DNA of 27,929 nt from Tubiluchus corallicola. Lineage: Eukaryota; Animalia; Priapulida. Shown here piece after piece: positions 10,851-22,296 of the stretch. The notes below the pieces were generated by a model. The model saw only the letters and a program-made list of their open reading frames with translations, was not told the origin of the DNA and ran no database searches. Position 1 is the stretch's first letter; each line of letters opens with the position of its first letter. The translations under genes and the position numbers were made by a program. The stretch is from NCBI GenBank assembly GCA_030141605.1, contig JAQGDQ010001724.1, forward strand, positions 1-27,929. The letters are read 5' to 3'.

Positions 10851-11700
10851 ACATTCTCGTTATGTTTTTCTTATTTTTTCAAGCCTTTTATTATTCCTTA
10901 AAGTTGAACACTTCTCTATGGCAGGCAGTTCAGATTTTCACCAATCTAAAGCTGAGGATGATAACAGCAAAGAGTTTTGCCAAATTTGTTATTACTGATA
11001 AGGGAAACATCAGCAGTGAATATTTAGTTGTTGCTTGTAGGATGTTTTTCAAATGTAGAACAACAAACATAGCCTTGTTAAAGGTAAGCTACAATTACAA
11101 CAACGAAACTAATGCTGTTGTAGTAATTATGTACCATACATGATCATTAATAGCTGCTAAACTAATGGACAATACTCCAGTAATAGTTAGAATTACTTAA
11201 ATTATTTAGATTACTTAGTGCCGGTAGTTTTTGTCTGGAATGTCTGATGTTTTAGCAGTAAGACAGTTAAATGTATTTACATTAGGTTTTTGAACAAAGT
11301 TGTAACTAAACATTTTTATACAAATTTGTTTTATGTAATTGAGGTAGTCTGAAAATGGGTTAAGAAGCAACCAGAAATCTTATCGAAGTATTCCCACTTA
11401 GTTTCCCAATCAATAAAAATAATGCATCGTGCTAATTTCTACAGGTTGTTGTGGTTTTATTGTTATTTTTAATATTGCACTTCTCCTCACTTAAGACCAG
11501 GGTTGTGATTTTGCATGACGCTTATCAGTTTTTCGCCTAAAATCCATAGTTATTGCATAATTGCAGCAAATTAATATTAATATGCACTTAACAAGTAACT
11601 ATAACACCACATTCACAAGTGTGAGATTAAATTGATTGAAACACAATAAAATGTTGCTGATTTGTACACGTCCTGTATCAACGTTTTTTAGGATGTAGTC

Positions 11701-12193
11701 CAGGGGTGTGCAAATTGCGGGCCACTTGCGGCCCGCAGAGAGAATTTGTGCGGCCCGCGAAGAGATTTGTCAACCTAATGAAAGTGCGGCCCGGGCGATT
11801 AATTGAGTGTATCCAGCTGAAGTCCGTGCCACGATCCCAAAGATAGTGCGGGTAGTTTTTTCTACTAGATCGGATGCCATTTACCCTTACAAGACGGTTG
11901 TAGCTTAAAAACACTGTACTACACAGACTGTGTGATACACATTACTAATATGCATTGTAGTGAAATTGCCACTATCTGTCCTGAAAGTAGAAATATATGG
12001 TTTGTAATATAAATTTTAATAACTTCTAAAATAGTTTCTGGAGTGTAGTAGTAATGATGTACGCAGGTCGGATGCCAAAAAATCGTTATTAGGCCTTTCT
12101 GTACTTGGCTACTTGATCAAACTGCCTGTGGCCCACAGGAATTGCGGGAAAGTTTAATGTGGCCCGGCTAGCCAGATAATTTGCACACCCCTG
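11701..12193. mobile_element. hAT-superfamily (Charlie-like) MITE, 493 bp
   Basis: Perfect 16-bp TIR CAGGGGTGTGCAAATT; 8-bp TSD ATGTAGTC (11693-11700, 12194-12201); subterminal GCGGCCC/GTGGCCC motifs; no transposase. Confidence 0.92.
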
Positions 12194-12384
12194 ATGTAGT
12201 CCTAAAAAACGTAAATTCCTTTTTCACACTTCTCAATGCACACTTTTGTTGGGGTGTACTTTTCATGCCACTGCATCAGCTTGCATTTATAAGTACTTTT
12301 GCAGTACTTGGTAAATACTGCAGAAATCAGAAAAACATTACTAAAAAACACATTGTTTAACAGTAATTTTTTGTTTACGTGTAG

Positions 12385-12519
12385 GTGCCTAGAGGTACAA
12401 GACAACAACAAAGTGATCAGTCTGTAGAAAAGTTTATTCATACGGATTATCATGATTCATTACTGACAGAACTTCTCCAGTCTCATATGGTTCACGATAT
12501 TTGCCTGATTGGTGGAAAG
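12385..12519 (+). CDS. VWA8: VWA8 coding exon 11, inverted (VPRGTRQQQSDQSVEKFIHTDYHDSLLTELLQSHMVHDICLIGGK)
   Basis: Read manually; not in the ORF track. Acceptor gtgtag|GTG, donor AAG|gtaaat; 135 nt, phase 0-0. Matches recalled VWA8 VPAGTR...QSHMVKDICLIGGK, the start of the next Walker A motif. Confidence 0.9.
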
Positions 12520-12803
12520 GTAAATGTTTTACTCGATAACTAAACTTATAAAACAAAGGTAAGCTCACACTGGTCTATTTTTAGATCTTGTTTATTGCAC
12601 TAGCTTGTACATTTTTTGTTTGTGCCGTTAACGTCAAATTACTGCATGCGAACATCTGATTTGGCTTGATACAAATGCACAATACATTTTTTTCCATAAT
12701 CTTTTTGTCAAATAAAAAATAAATTAGTAAATTTTTAAAAGTTTGTGACTATAAACATTAGATAAACATCATTCTTACACAATGCTTCTTATTATATTAT
12801 TTT

Positions 12804-12907
12804 ACAACAAAACAAACAACCACAACACAAACCAAACCAAACAAAAAAAAAAAACACCAAAAACCAAACCCCCAAAAAAACAAAACACACACAACACACA
12901 CCAACAC
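12804..12907. other. aperiodic A/C-only low-complexity tract at the orientation switch; possible low-quality sequence join
   Basis: ~100 nt with no G or T and no fixed period, directly beside the inverted-duplication arm. Confidence 0.7.
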
Positions 12908-12922
12908 GAATATTAATCATTG

Positions 12923-13701
12923 AAACACATTAGCTACAGTCTGGCTCCCAAGAACCAATGTTATCATTCAGAAAAATGACTTGCATTATGGATCATTCCA
13001 GTTTTGAAACATTAATTTGAAACAAAAACAACTGTACAGCAGCAAACACACTACATTCAGCTGTAAACAAAGTAGTCTCCAAAACATGTAATGTGTCTGC
13101 TTCATGTTTCAGATGCAATAAATTACTTCAATTCTGTCTCAAAATCAACTTCTCATTTCATTTACATGAAAGACAGAAAACAGTATAGTAAATTGGTTGC
13201 AGTCCAAAAGAAATTAAAAAGTGCATATCTTGAAATATCTTCTGAGCAAGAATAAGCTTTTTTAGGGTTGTGAGTATCGGCCACACTATGGTCACATTCT
13301 GAGCCCAGGGGCGTCATGCACCAAAAAAAATTAGGGGGGCCCGACTATATATATAATGGCGGAACTTAACTGTTTAAAAACATATAATTTTGAATTCCCA
13401 CACCAGTATTTTGCGTGCAAGAAAAACGATGTATTTATTCCCAACTGGCATTTAACTTAAAGCTATAATTTAATTAAAATTAAAAATTGACTGTTGATAA
13501 TGACTAAATTTTTTCTAAGTGTAAGGAGACACACCACAATTTAATCAGACAGAATCGGCTTTCTAATCCTGCTAACACTGCAAGTGCTTATATAGGAAAG
13601 GGGGAAGCAATATCATTGGCCCAGTGCAAGGGGCCAATGGCCAATTACCTAGCGGCATAGCCACGAGAGCAGAAGATAATCAGTGCAAGAATTAGACATT
13701 A
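12923..13701 (-). repeat. right arm of the 779-bp inverted duplication
   Basis: Reverse complement of 9668-10446. Confidence 0.93.
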
Positions 13702-14092
13702 GATTCAATCAATAATCATACCTACGTGTATATATAATCGCATATCATGCCAGCAGTGGGAGATTTCACCGTTCTTCAAAATTTTACACCTTATTGGTCT
13801 CATTACGAGCCGCCGAAACCCTTGAAATTTTTGACATTTTATAAACAATTGCCTGTACCACCAACACTCTATTCTGATCACAAGATTGGTGTTAGTTGGC
13901 TTTTACAATGCTTACTTTCATGAGCTTTGGAAACACGAGAGGACATCGCCGAATGAGTCGATCAGCATGTCTGTTGGATCATGTAATTATGCAATTTTAA
14001 TAGAGACAGAGTAAATTGATGCTAATAAACAGTCACGAATGAAAGTCTTATCACACAGCATGAGAACTAAATTCATTTGATTCTTAACTCAC

Positions 14093-14197
14093 TTTGAATG
14101 TGTCCTCGACAGAAGCATGACCATCTTTAGGAAGGAACAGTTTATACGGGTACAAACGTAACAGCAAAGAATGGGGATCAACATGTGGCACATTATT
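14093..14197 (-). CDS. VWA8: VWA8 coding exon 9 (NNVPHVDPHSLLLRLYPYKLFLPKDGHASVEDTFK)
   Basis: Acceptor gattacag|AAT, donor AAA|gtgagt; 105 nt, phase 0-0; LYPY motif. Confidence 0.88.
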
Positions 14198-14362
14198 CTG
14201 TAATCAACAATAAGAATATATTATTACATTTTTAAGTACTATTCATCATCCAAAAGTGTTACAGTAAGATACAGTAATTAAAAGCATGAATAATAAAATA
14301 TGAATAACAAACATTGCAACACCGTTGCTCTGAATACGAGCAATTTGGGAAGAAGTGACTAC

Positions 14363-14471
14363 CATAATTCCAATAATCTTTTCCAAGTTCATAATAGGAA
14401 AATCTGGCAATCCCAAGGAAGATGATTCCTGCGACAACAATGTGTATGCAAACGATAGCATCTGCGACACT
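14363..14471 (-). CDS. VWA8: VWA8 coding exon 8 (A+VSQMLSFAYTLLSQESSSLGLPDFPIMNLEKIIGIM)
   Basis: Acceptor ttttccag|A; donor ATG|gtagtc is weak and was chosen for phase and homology; SQESSxLGLPDFP motif. Confidence 0.87.
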
Positions 14472-14643
14472 CTGGAAAACGAAACAGACAAACTTGAAAA
14501 CAAGATAAAAACTCTTGTCATTTCCATTAATAAACAAATTTTCTAATTATTCAGAAACTTGTGACATTTTTTGCAAAATGTCTATTTCATTTGTCGGTTA
14601 AAGTTTACAATTCTCACCACACAAGAAAGATTAGTTTGTGAAA

Positions 14644-14720
14644 TGGATTAGAATTAGGGATAAGATTAGGATTGAGGTTAGGGTTAGGGTTGAGTTAAGG
14701 CTAGGGGTAGGGTTAGGGTG
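14644..14720. repeat. degenerate (TTAGGG)-like hexamer tract, probably the core of a small dispersed element
   Basis: ...GAGGTTAGGGTTAGGGTTGAGTTAAGGCTAGGGGTAGGGTTAGGG, with weakly inverted flanks. Confidence 0.6.
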
Positions 14721-15210
14721 TTTAAACTGTGTGGGAAACTGCAAATTTCTTCCCATTTATTTACAGATTCATATTTTACTGCAGAAATACTGCATAGGTA
14801 ATTTCAGAAAAAAATTATTCATTTTTCATGTAAAGTTAATTCAGTGTTAATCCTAAATTCAGCACATGCCATAAACTCTCCCGGTACTGAAGCAGTCATT
14901 TAACATAAAAAAGCATAAAAGGTTCCTTTCGCTCTTGCAAAGACCTTGCACAATTTTTCACATGTGGTTTCATTTTTGGCAAAAGGATTATATGGTGTTC
15001 TTTTTGCTAAATGAATAAATCCCAACTTTGGCTTTGCTAACTTTGCTAAAACAACTGCAGCAAAGTAAGATTAGTGAAGATAATGAATTAGTGAAGATTA
15101 GCGAATTCTTTTCAAACATCATTTGCTGCATTTGTTTCTCAAAGTTCAAAGATTTACCATAAAAAAAGGCATCAGGAAAAGGAAGCTATGATTTAAAGCC
15201 AAGCTCATAC

Positions 15211-15425
15211 TTGTCTGATGGAGCTTGCGGAGCACATTGGTACAGATGATCCAGTAACTCTTTAAACAGCGGAGCACTGACATCTCGAGCCTGGAATCGA
15301 GAACGAAGCGGTGGATCAAGTGGATTGCCACGGTAACGTGGAATGGGAAGTCCCAAAGCGATGACACGAAAATTCTCATCCACCTTGACAAGTTTCCATG
15401 CGTCGAGTTCGCTTTGCGAGTGTTC
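15211..15425 (-). CDS. VWA8: VWA8 coding exon 7 (EHSQSELDAWKLVKVDENFRVIALGLPIPRYRGNPLDPPLRSRFQARD...APSD+AA)
   Basis: Acceptor ttttttcag|GAA, donor AA|gtatga; 215 nt, phase 0 to 2. Diagnostic FRVIALGLP...GNPLDPPLRSRFQ (AAA arginine-finger region). Confidence 0.95.
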
Positions 15426-15801
15426 CTGAAAAAAATAAAGACTGATTGAATTAAACCTGAATGTTTTTATAATAAATGAAACTTTTTAATTAAATGCGAT
15501 GCAAAAGTTGGAAAAATGAGCGTGGAGAAAAAACAAGAGTACGCCAGTCACACTAAGTTGCAAATACGAATAAAATTTTTGTTTAATACAGATAATATAA
15601 TGGTTACATTTCAAGATTTTTTGCTAATTACAAAACAAATCCCAAGTTATTAACTATAAGCAAAACTTAGTGCTAATCAATAACAAACAAAGGCAAAAAT
15701 GCTAAAAACTTAAACCAAACTTGGGTTTGAACAAGAAACTGTTGAAATACAAAGCCAACAATTTACTAGGTAATGCGGTCACTAATCGTTATAATAACTC
15801 A

Positions 15802-16474
15802 GTAATTGTAGCACAAGGTACTTGTAGCACAAGGTACTTGTAGCACTTGTAATTGTAGCACAAAGAACTTGTAGCACAAGGTACTTGTAGCACTTGTAAT
15901 TATAGCACAAGGTACTTGTAGCACTTGTAATTGTAGCACAAGGTACTTGTAGCACTTGTAATTGTAGCACAAGGTACTTGTAGCACTTGTAATTGTTGCA
16001 CAAGGTACTTGTAGCACTTGTAATTGTAGCACAAAGTACTTGTAGCACAAGGTACTTGTAGCACTTGTAATTGTAGCACAAGGTACTTGTAGCACTTGTA
16101 ATTATAGCACAAGGTACTTGTAGCACTTGTAATTGTTGCACAAAGTTCGTGTAGCACTTGTAATTGTTGCACAACGTTCGTGTAGCACTTGTAATTGTAG
16201 CACAAAGTACTTGTAGCACAAGGTACTTGTAGCACTTGTAATTGTAGCACAAGGTACTTGTAGCACTTGTAATTGTAGCACAAGGTACTTGTAGCACTTG
16301 TAATTGTAGCACAAGGTACTTGTAGCACTTGTAATTGTTGCACAAGGTAATTGTAGCACTTGTAATTGTTGCACAAGGTAATTGTAGCACTTGTAATTGT
16401 TGCACAAGGTAATTGTAGCACTTGTAATTGTTGCACAAGGTAATTGTAGCACTTGTAATTGTTGCACAAAGTAC
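15802..16474. repeat. 31-bp tandem minisatellite (~21 copies) built from TTGTAGCAC sub-repeats, intronic
   Basis: Unit TTGTAGCACAAGGTACTTGTAGCACTTGTAA; accounts for the repetitive ORFs at 15782-16536. Confidence 0.95.
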
Positions 16475-16543
16475 TGGAATAAATCTGTTCTGGGAAGTGA
16501 ATTTTTAAGGCAAAGTAATTTAACAAACTCTTTCATAATTTAC

Positions 16544-16711
16544 CTTGAGCAATTTCTCATATCTGTCAGCTGCTATCAGAAATCGTCCATCGTCCAGCAA
16601 CATTTCCCGGTTTTCCAGGAGATTATTCAAAACGGGAAGAACGTTCCGCTCGGCTTTCTCGATGCCTTCCAGCACCAGTACACGACCATGTATGGCAGCT
16701 TTTACTGCACA
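16544..16711 (-). CDS. VWA8: VWA8 coding exon 6 (CAVKAAIHGRVLVLEGIEKAERNVLPVLNNLLENREMLLDDGRFLIAADRYEKLLK)
   Basis: Acceptor ttttcag|TGT, donor AAG|gtaaat; 168 nt, phase 0-0; EKAERNVLPVLNNLLENREM motif. Confidence 0.96.
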
Positions 16712-17874
16712 CTGAAAATGCAAAATAAACTCATTATCTAAATATGAATGACCATGCTGTCTTTGCAGTTACGTGACAGATTTCTTGTGTGATGGTTGAA
16801 GGAAAGGACAAGTCACTTAGCTCAGTGGGTTGATTTTAATGTTGTCGCTTAAACTTAGAAATATATAATAAAGAAAATTGCAAAAAACTGTCTATAAAGC
16901 ATAAAGATAATTTATTCTAAAGTCGTAAAGAAATTTTCAGGAGTCGTGGTAGCTGCCATTCACTTTAAAATTATGACGTAACTGGTGGACTTCGTAAATT
17001 TTTGTAAGTGCGCTGATTAAACTATTTCAGACTTCTGTACCACCCTCATATTAATGCAAAAATGTCGCAAAATTGGCTTTATATTTATCTGTAAAAACTT
17101 ATTGTACATTTTGGAATGCATAATGGCTTTCCGTAAGCATTCCGTGATAGAAATTAGTGTGCCGCTTTTCTTCAGTCGACGGAACGATGTTATTGGTGGA
17201 AAAATGAACGTGCAAAATGGGAGCATCAAAGCGTCAAAAAATCATGACCTTAAAACTGATTTTACTAATTTGACGAAATGCATATCACATTTTTATCACT
17301 CAACCCTTCTAACATTTTTTTCAAACATCAAAATAAACCCAACTTCGTAGAAGGCCTGGCCTTTTCTTTAATAAGTCTTCCAGAAAATCCGAAGAACGAT
17401 TTCCTTACCAAATTTAACAAAGAAATCTGGCCTGTTATTAACTAAATAAATGCTACTTGCATTCTGGCTGTACTTTGCCAGTGTCAGCAAGCAAAGGCAA
17501 ATATTTACAAGATATTTTTTATAGTATTTTATTTTGAAGCCACTACTATCTGTTTTTTACGGTTAACTGTTTAAACGATTATTATAGGTGGTTGCTAATT
17601 GGCTTGGTTTATAATAATTATTTAAATAATTGTAGTAATTAAAACACCGGGGAATCAATTAGCCAGAAGTTAAATGCAAAATTTGATTAAAATTGTCGAA
17701 AAAGCCATATTAGACCTATTTAAAACATGAACTCACTAACATAACATACTAATGAGCACAGGGTAAAGTTTCTCGTACTACAAAAAATCCTATTTATACA
17801 TAATTTATACCTACAGAAAATGTGCACCAGTGCTCTGCAGTATTCATTTGAATTTTTTTCATCTTTGAATCATT

Positions 17875-18011
17875 TATTTAATCAATTCAATTCAATTTAT
17901 TCGTCTCTTTTACACGATATAACAATATACAATATTTACATGAGAATAATACTACTATGATAATTGAGACAGGGTGGCGAAAGACCAAGCGGTCACCTAG
18001 GAGCCACCCTA
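17875..18011 (-). mobile_element. probable 3'-end remnant of a non-LTR retrotransposon (CR1/L2-like)
   Basis: Stem-loop AGGGTGGC...GACC-AAGC-GGTC...GCCACCCT (17971-18010), followed on the minus strand by AATAAA and an (ATTGA)n-like tail. Confidence 0.45.
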
Positions 18012-18854
18012 CTTGTGCAACATTAAGTATGGTTAATCATGTGACACTAGAAATTCCCCTGCTCAAGGCAGTATGTCGTCTTTTACTTAAAAAAGCACAA
18101 TTTGAACCACAGGTAAAATTTCCAAACTCTGAAACTTTTATATGGTGATTAGGCTGTTAACATTGTGTTTTGAACGGCAAAATAACCTATAAATGATCAA
18201 ATGTCACAAGTTTACAAATTATGACAACTGCATGGTCAGACAGGCATGTGCTCATAATTTAAAATTATCCTGAATTTTAAATTAAAAACAAGAAAGATCT
18301 ACACAGTTTCCAATTCGTAAAACTTGTAATGGATATTGTTTTTATAATGCTCAATTAAAAATGACATATTAGTGGAACAATAAGGTAATCAAATTGCGAG
18401 ATCTCTCATTGTAAATAAATGATCGTGTATGTTCGTACAGGTGCAAAGTTCGGCTAGGGTTCAGGTACAGTAGTGAGAAGTTCATAGGTCTATAATTAGT
18501 GACAGACACACACATGTAAGATTACATGCTTGTAATACATACAGAGTTCAAAGCTACAAAAAATAATGACAAGATGAATGATGATTTTAAACTGATGTTG
18601 ACTTAACATTGTCACTGCAGGGCCTAATGAAAATTAAAAATTTAATTGCAAGTTGTACAAACTCAAAAGATTTTCAATTTTAAAACTAAAATTGTTGAAT
18701 TAAAATCTTAGATCTTATTCAAGTATACTTTATCGAAGTCTAAAACACTAATTTTTATATTTCTACCACATTTTGATTCTACAGTTTGAATAGTACTTTT
18801 TGTATAAAAGTTTTATCCTACTCCTATCTGCTACATGTTGTGCACATAGGATAC

Positions 18855-18965
18855 CTGATCTATATGATAGGCCGTTCCTTGTTGTATCTCACGTCGCTGT
18901 TTAAGATCATTTTCTGTTGTATCACGAGACAGTGCTATGTATTCTACCTCCTTTTTCATGAGTTC
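18855..18965 (-). CDS. VWA8: VWA8 coding exon 5 (ELMKKEVEYIALSRDTTENDLKQRREIQQGTAYHIDQ)
   Basis: Acceptor ttttgtag|GAA, donor CAG|gtatcc; 111 nt, phase 0-0; EYIALSRDTTExDLKQRREI motif. Confidence 0.95.
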
Positions 18966-20172
18966 CTACAAAAACAATTAATAACATTTTTTAATTTAGT
19001 TTTTTTTATATAATTTTGCATTCTGTAGGCAGGAACCAGCACTGAGTGACAGAACCGAAATCAAGCTCGAAATAAAGATACGAGATAAAGAGCCTCAGAC
19101 AGCATGAAAATGAAGCCATATAGAACCGATCGTCATCCATTCATTGACTAGCCAGGTTGAGTGTTGCACCACTTCAGTCACTAAACAGATCCGGTGATCA
19201 CTCACCTATTTCACTCGCCACAAATGCAGTAAACACATGACACAAAAAACTCAAACAACTATTTTTTGCATAATAATAACCAAGCACATTTCTACCAAGG
19301 TTTCACAAACTATCGTACAATGTATACTTCCGTCTAATTTCACAATGACTTTAAACACTGCTCAAACACAAAGCAGTACCTTTCCATCTAATTATTATGG
19401 ATTGACCTAGTCCAGTTTAATTTAAATGGTTACTGAAACAAATAACCCAAGGGAGTTAAATCTGAAATCACTAGTTGCGGGGGATATTCATACGCGATGT
19501 CACAAAGGTATATTCTTCAGCAGCACTACTTATGACAAAAAATCTATTAATTAAAGTTGTTCAACAGCTCAATGACTATAACCGCTTACAAAATTTTCAG
19601 AAAAAAAATCTGTAGTTTCTGACCCAGGAACAGATCTCACAGTTTTTTGATTCTCAGTCTGATGTGTTAACCATTATCAAACAAATCCGCTCTTTATCAT
19701 GATGCTAATGCTCAGTACTGCTCAGCTTCAAACTAGCCTATCATAGGACAGACTTGTATTATGAGACAAAAAAGTGCTTTTATGACTAGTAAAATTCAAA
19801 TGTTTCCAGTTTTAATAAATAGATGTGTTAAATCAACGTACCTAGTAAAATTCAAGTTTAGTAAAATGTTTTAATAAATTAATGTACCAAGCCAATGCAC
19901 CATATGATTTTAAGTCTGAAATAAACTGTTAACTTTAATAGTTCAAGGACTAATTTGGTCTGTCAGCTTCCTAAGGTGCAAAGAGTATATAATTATTAGT
20001 TGTTTAGCTAGTCGACCTGAAATTGATTAGCAATCTTTGAACTATGTTGGCTATTTCAGATGCAAATCCTGTGATTTCATATTCTGTAATTAATTTTAAA
20101 CAAACTAAATTGTTAATTATCAATCTTTGGCAGCAACAGGTGAAACTAATTACCAATTTTATACACACTTAC

Positions 20173-20247
20173 TAGGTACTGCATAGCCAGCTTTCTCCGG
20201 AGTGGTCCAGGTGGACCGATCAGAAAAATGTCCTGCCGTAGTAAATC
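20173..20247 (-). CDS. VWA8: VWA8 coding exon 4 (DLLRQDIFLIGPPGPLRRKLAMQYL)
   Basis: Acceptor attttcag|GAT, donor CTA|gtaagt; 75 nt, phase 0-0; degenerate P-loop IGPPGPLRR. Confidence 0.94.
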
Positions 20248-20673
20248 CTGAAAATACATCACATCCAACTCATGTATGTATGCAATTTCTCATAAGTGTA
20301 AAGTGAAATTTTTTAACTTCTACATTGAATTAAAGCACATGTAATTTTTGCATATAATCGCTCAGTTTGAAATCTGAAACTTTTGCTCATTCTTCTAAAA
20401 ATGCAATCAGAAAAGTTATGCTTCATGTTAAAAAATATTTCTATATTAAAATTTCAACCATATTAACCACTTCCATCACCTTTATACTGCATCAAGCTAC
20501 TCGTTATAAATTCACTATCCTCAATCTCTAGAGCTCAGGAAGCCAAACATAACAAAAATGTATAATTACAAGCTATTCAAGTTTCAATGTGGGACATCTT
20601 ATATATAACACGTATAGGATAATAACAACAACACAAAATTAGTCAAGCAAAGATTGCCCCTTGTTATCAGTAC

Positions 20674-20729
20674 CTTTTGCATCATCCATCGCAAGTGCTG
20701 TAGTGTAGATTGTGGTATTGGTGATGGCA
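20674..20729 (-). CDS. VWA8: VWA8 coding exon 3 (TG+PSPIPQSTLQHLRWMMQK)
   Basis: Acceptor cttaatag|TG, donor AAG|gtactg; 56 nt, phase 1 to 0; HLRWxMQK motif. Confidence 0.9.
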
Positions 20730-21294
20730 CTATTAAGAAATAATCAAAAGAACATTGTTTTAAAATCACTCTTTATTAAAGTTGCCTTATTTCTTATTTT
20801 CTTAAATAAATAATACTTTATTAAATATAATAAGCATTTACAAATATTATTTAATGCAGTTCAATTTCTGTCACATTATTCTTACGCATAATTCCAAAGT
20901 TGTCAATGCTTACACACACGTGTTGCATAAAATATACCAAGTGCAAGTGCACTTCAAACGAAAAATTTTACGAGACGCTTAATCAAAATTATAGGATTAA
21001 AAATTATACCTAAAAAAAACTGAAAAAGTTTTTAAAATGGTTAAGTGGAGCTAAAACTGGCTAAAACATTTGAACACCGAATCACAGAGAAAATCCGAAA
21101 AAAGTTTACAATGGTCAGAGCAACAGGTGAATCAATGAATTACCTTTAATGTCTATTAAAAGATCAGGCAGCAAATTATGAAAACTTGATCAGACATTTC
21201 TGAGATTATTCATTGTGTGAGGCACTTTTTAACGAAAATATTCCAGAGTGAAAAACGTTGTTTTCATTTAGAAAAAATAAAAGACGACACTTAC

Positions 21295-21381
21295 GGTAGT
21301 TTACAGGCACAAGCTCTGGATTCTTTGGCGGTCTGAGTTTTGCGGAAACATCACCAATATTTACAACCAAATCATTAGTTC
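21295..21381 (-). CDS. VWA8: VWA8 coding exon 2 (GA+TNDLVVNIGDVSAKLRPPKNPELVPVNY+C)
   Basis: Acceptor cactttag|GA, donor C|gtaagt; 87 nt, phase 1-1; VNIGDVSxKLxxPKNPELVP motif. Confidence 0.92.
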
Positions 21382-21680
21382 CTAAAGTGAACAATAAGAC
21401 ATACGTATGTGATTTAGGAATGGGAAGACATGAATAGCTTCAGTACTAACCATCAACAAGGATACCCTACACAATTTTTTACTGACACAAAAGAAATTGC
21501 AATAAAATAACTTTATATACAATAGTTAAAGAAATAAAGTTAATAAGCCTCATAACCTGTCACCAAACTCTCATACCTATAGGTTACAAATTACAATAAA
21601 TTGCAGGTATGGCAGGTAGCCTCCTTTCACTTAATAAACACGCAAGTGAATTACACAGTGAATTCTGCTCAAAGCTGTAC

Positions 21681-21795
21681 CTGTTCCATAACTGTTACAC
21701 GTTCCTGATGCCAGAGCAGAAGTGTTTAAAACTTGTCGTAAAAATTTTAACTGCCCGACAGCACTTTCTGCTCTCATGCTCCATAATCGAATCAT
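21681..21795 (-). CDS. VWA8: VWA8 probable first coding exon (MIRLWSMRAESAVGQLKFLRQVLNTSALASGTCNSYGT+G), transit-peptide-like
   Basis: ATG at 21795 (alternative at 21777); donor G|gtacag in phase 1 fits the next exon; Arg/Leu/Ser-rich and acid-poor N-terminus with LRQV. Confidence 0.68.
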
Positions 21796-22296
21796 CGATT
21801 AAAACAACAATGAAGAGGAAACCACACAGAAATAGATGGTCCTCGTTTATTCATGCGTCATACTGTAACAAAAATTAAACAAAAAGAATATTACAGCAGT
21901 TTGTCTAAAGCACAATGTTTCCAATACCGTCAGTACCAATAAGAAATGAAAGACTAAGCTTTCTGCAAATTGAGCAAAAAATGAACAGAAGTGTATATCT
22001 GACTTATAATCAACCTTGCACTGTAATTTAAATTAGAATTGAAAAATGTTTAGCAGCATTTACAGTTTCAATTGCAGTAATGCAAGAATGCATTTTTGAT
22101 ATATTCAAATGGTAAATTTTGAGATGTGCATAGTGTATATCCTAGTCTGTATGACTTAACTTAAAAAATACAACTTATACTAACAAGTGTGACTTGGTCT
22201 AAGTTCTAAAATTCAAATAATTGCCATACAATTCACAAATTTATCACAATAACAGTGTAGTAATATTAATTGCAAACAGATTTATTTACACAACAC

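Noticed and set aside
13916-13970. Candidate extra VWA8 exon (caacag|...|gtaagc), 55 nt
   Set aside because: Stop at the third codon in phase 0, frameshifting length and no VWA8 similarity; a poison exon cannot be supported without RNA data.
14644-14720. True telomere or chromosome-fusion scar
   Set aside because: Short, degenerate, single orientation and intronic; such tracts are common in small invertebrate repeats.
15782-16536. Cys/Tyr-rich repetitive ORFs
   Set aside because: Products of the 31-bp array read in rotating frames within a VWA8 intron.
19620-19680. tRNA or SINE head remnant on the minus strand
   Set aside because: Only a vague resemblance; no cloverleaf or intact A/B boxes.
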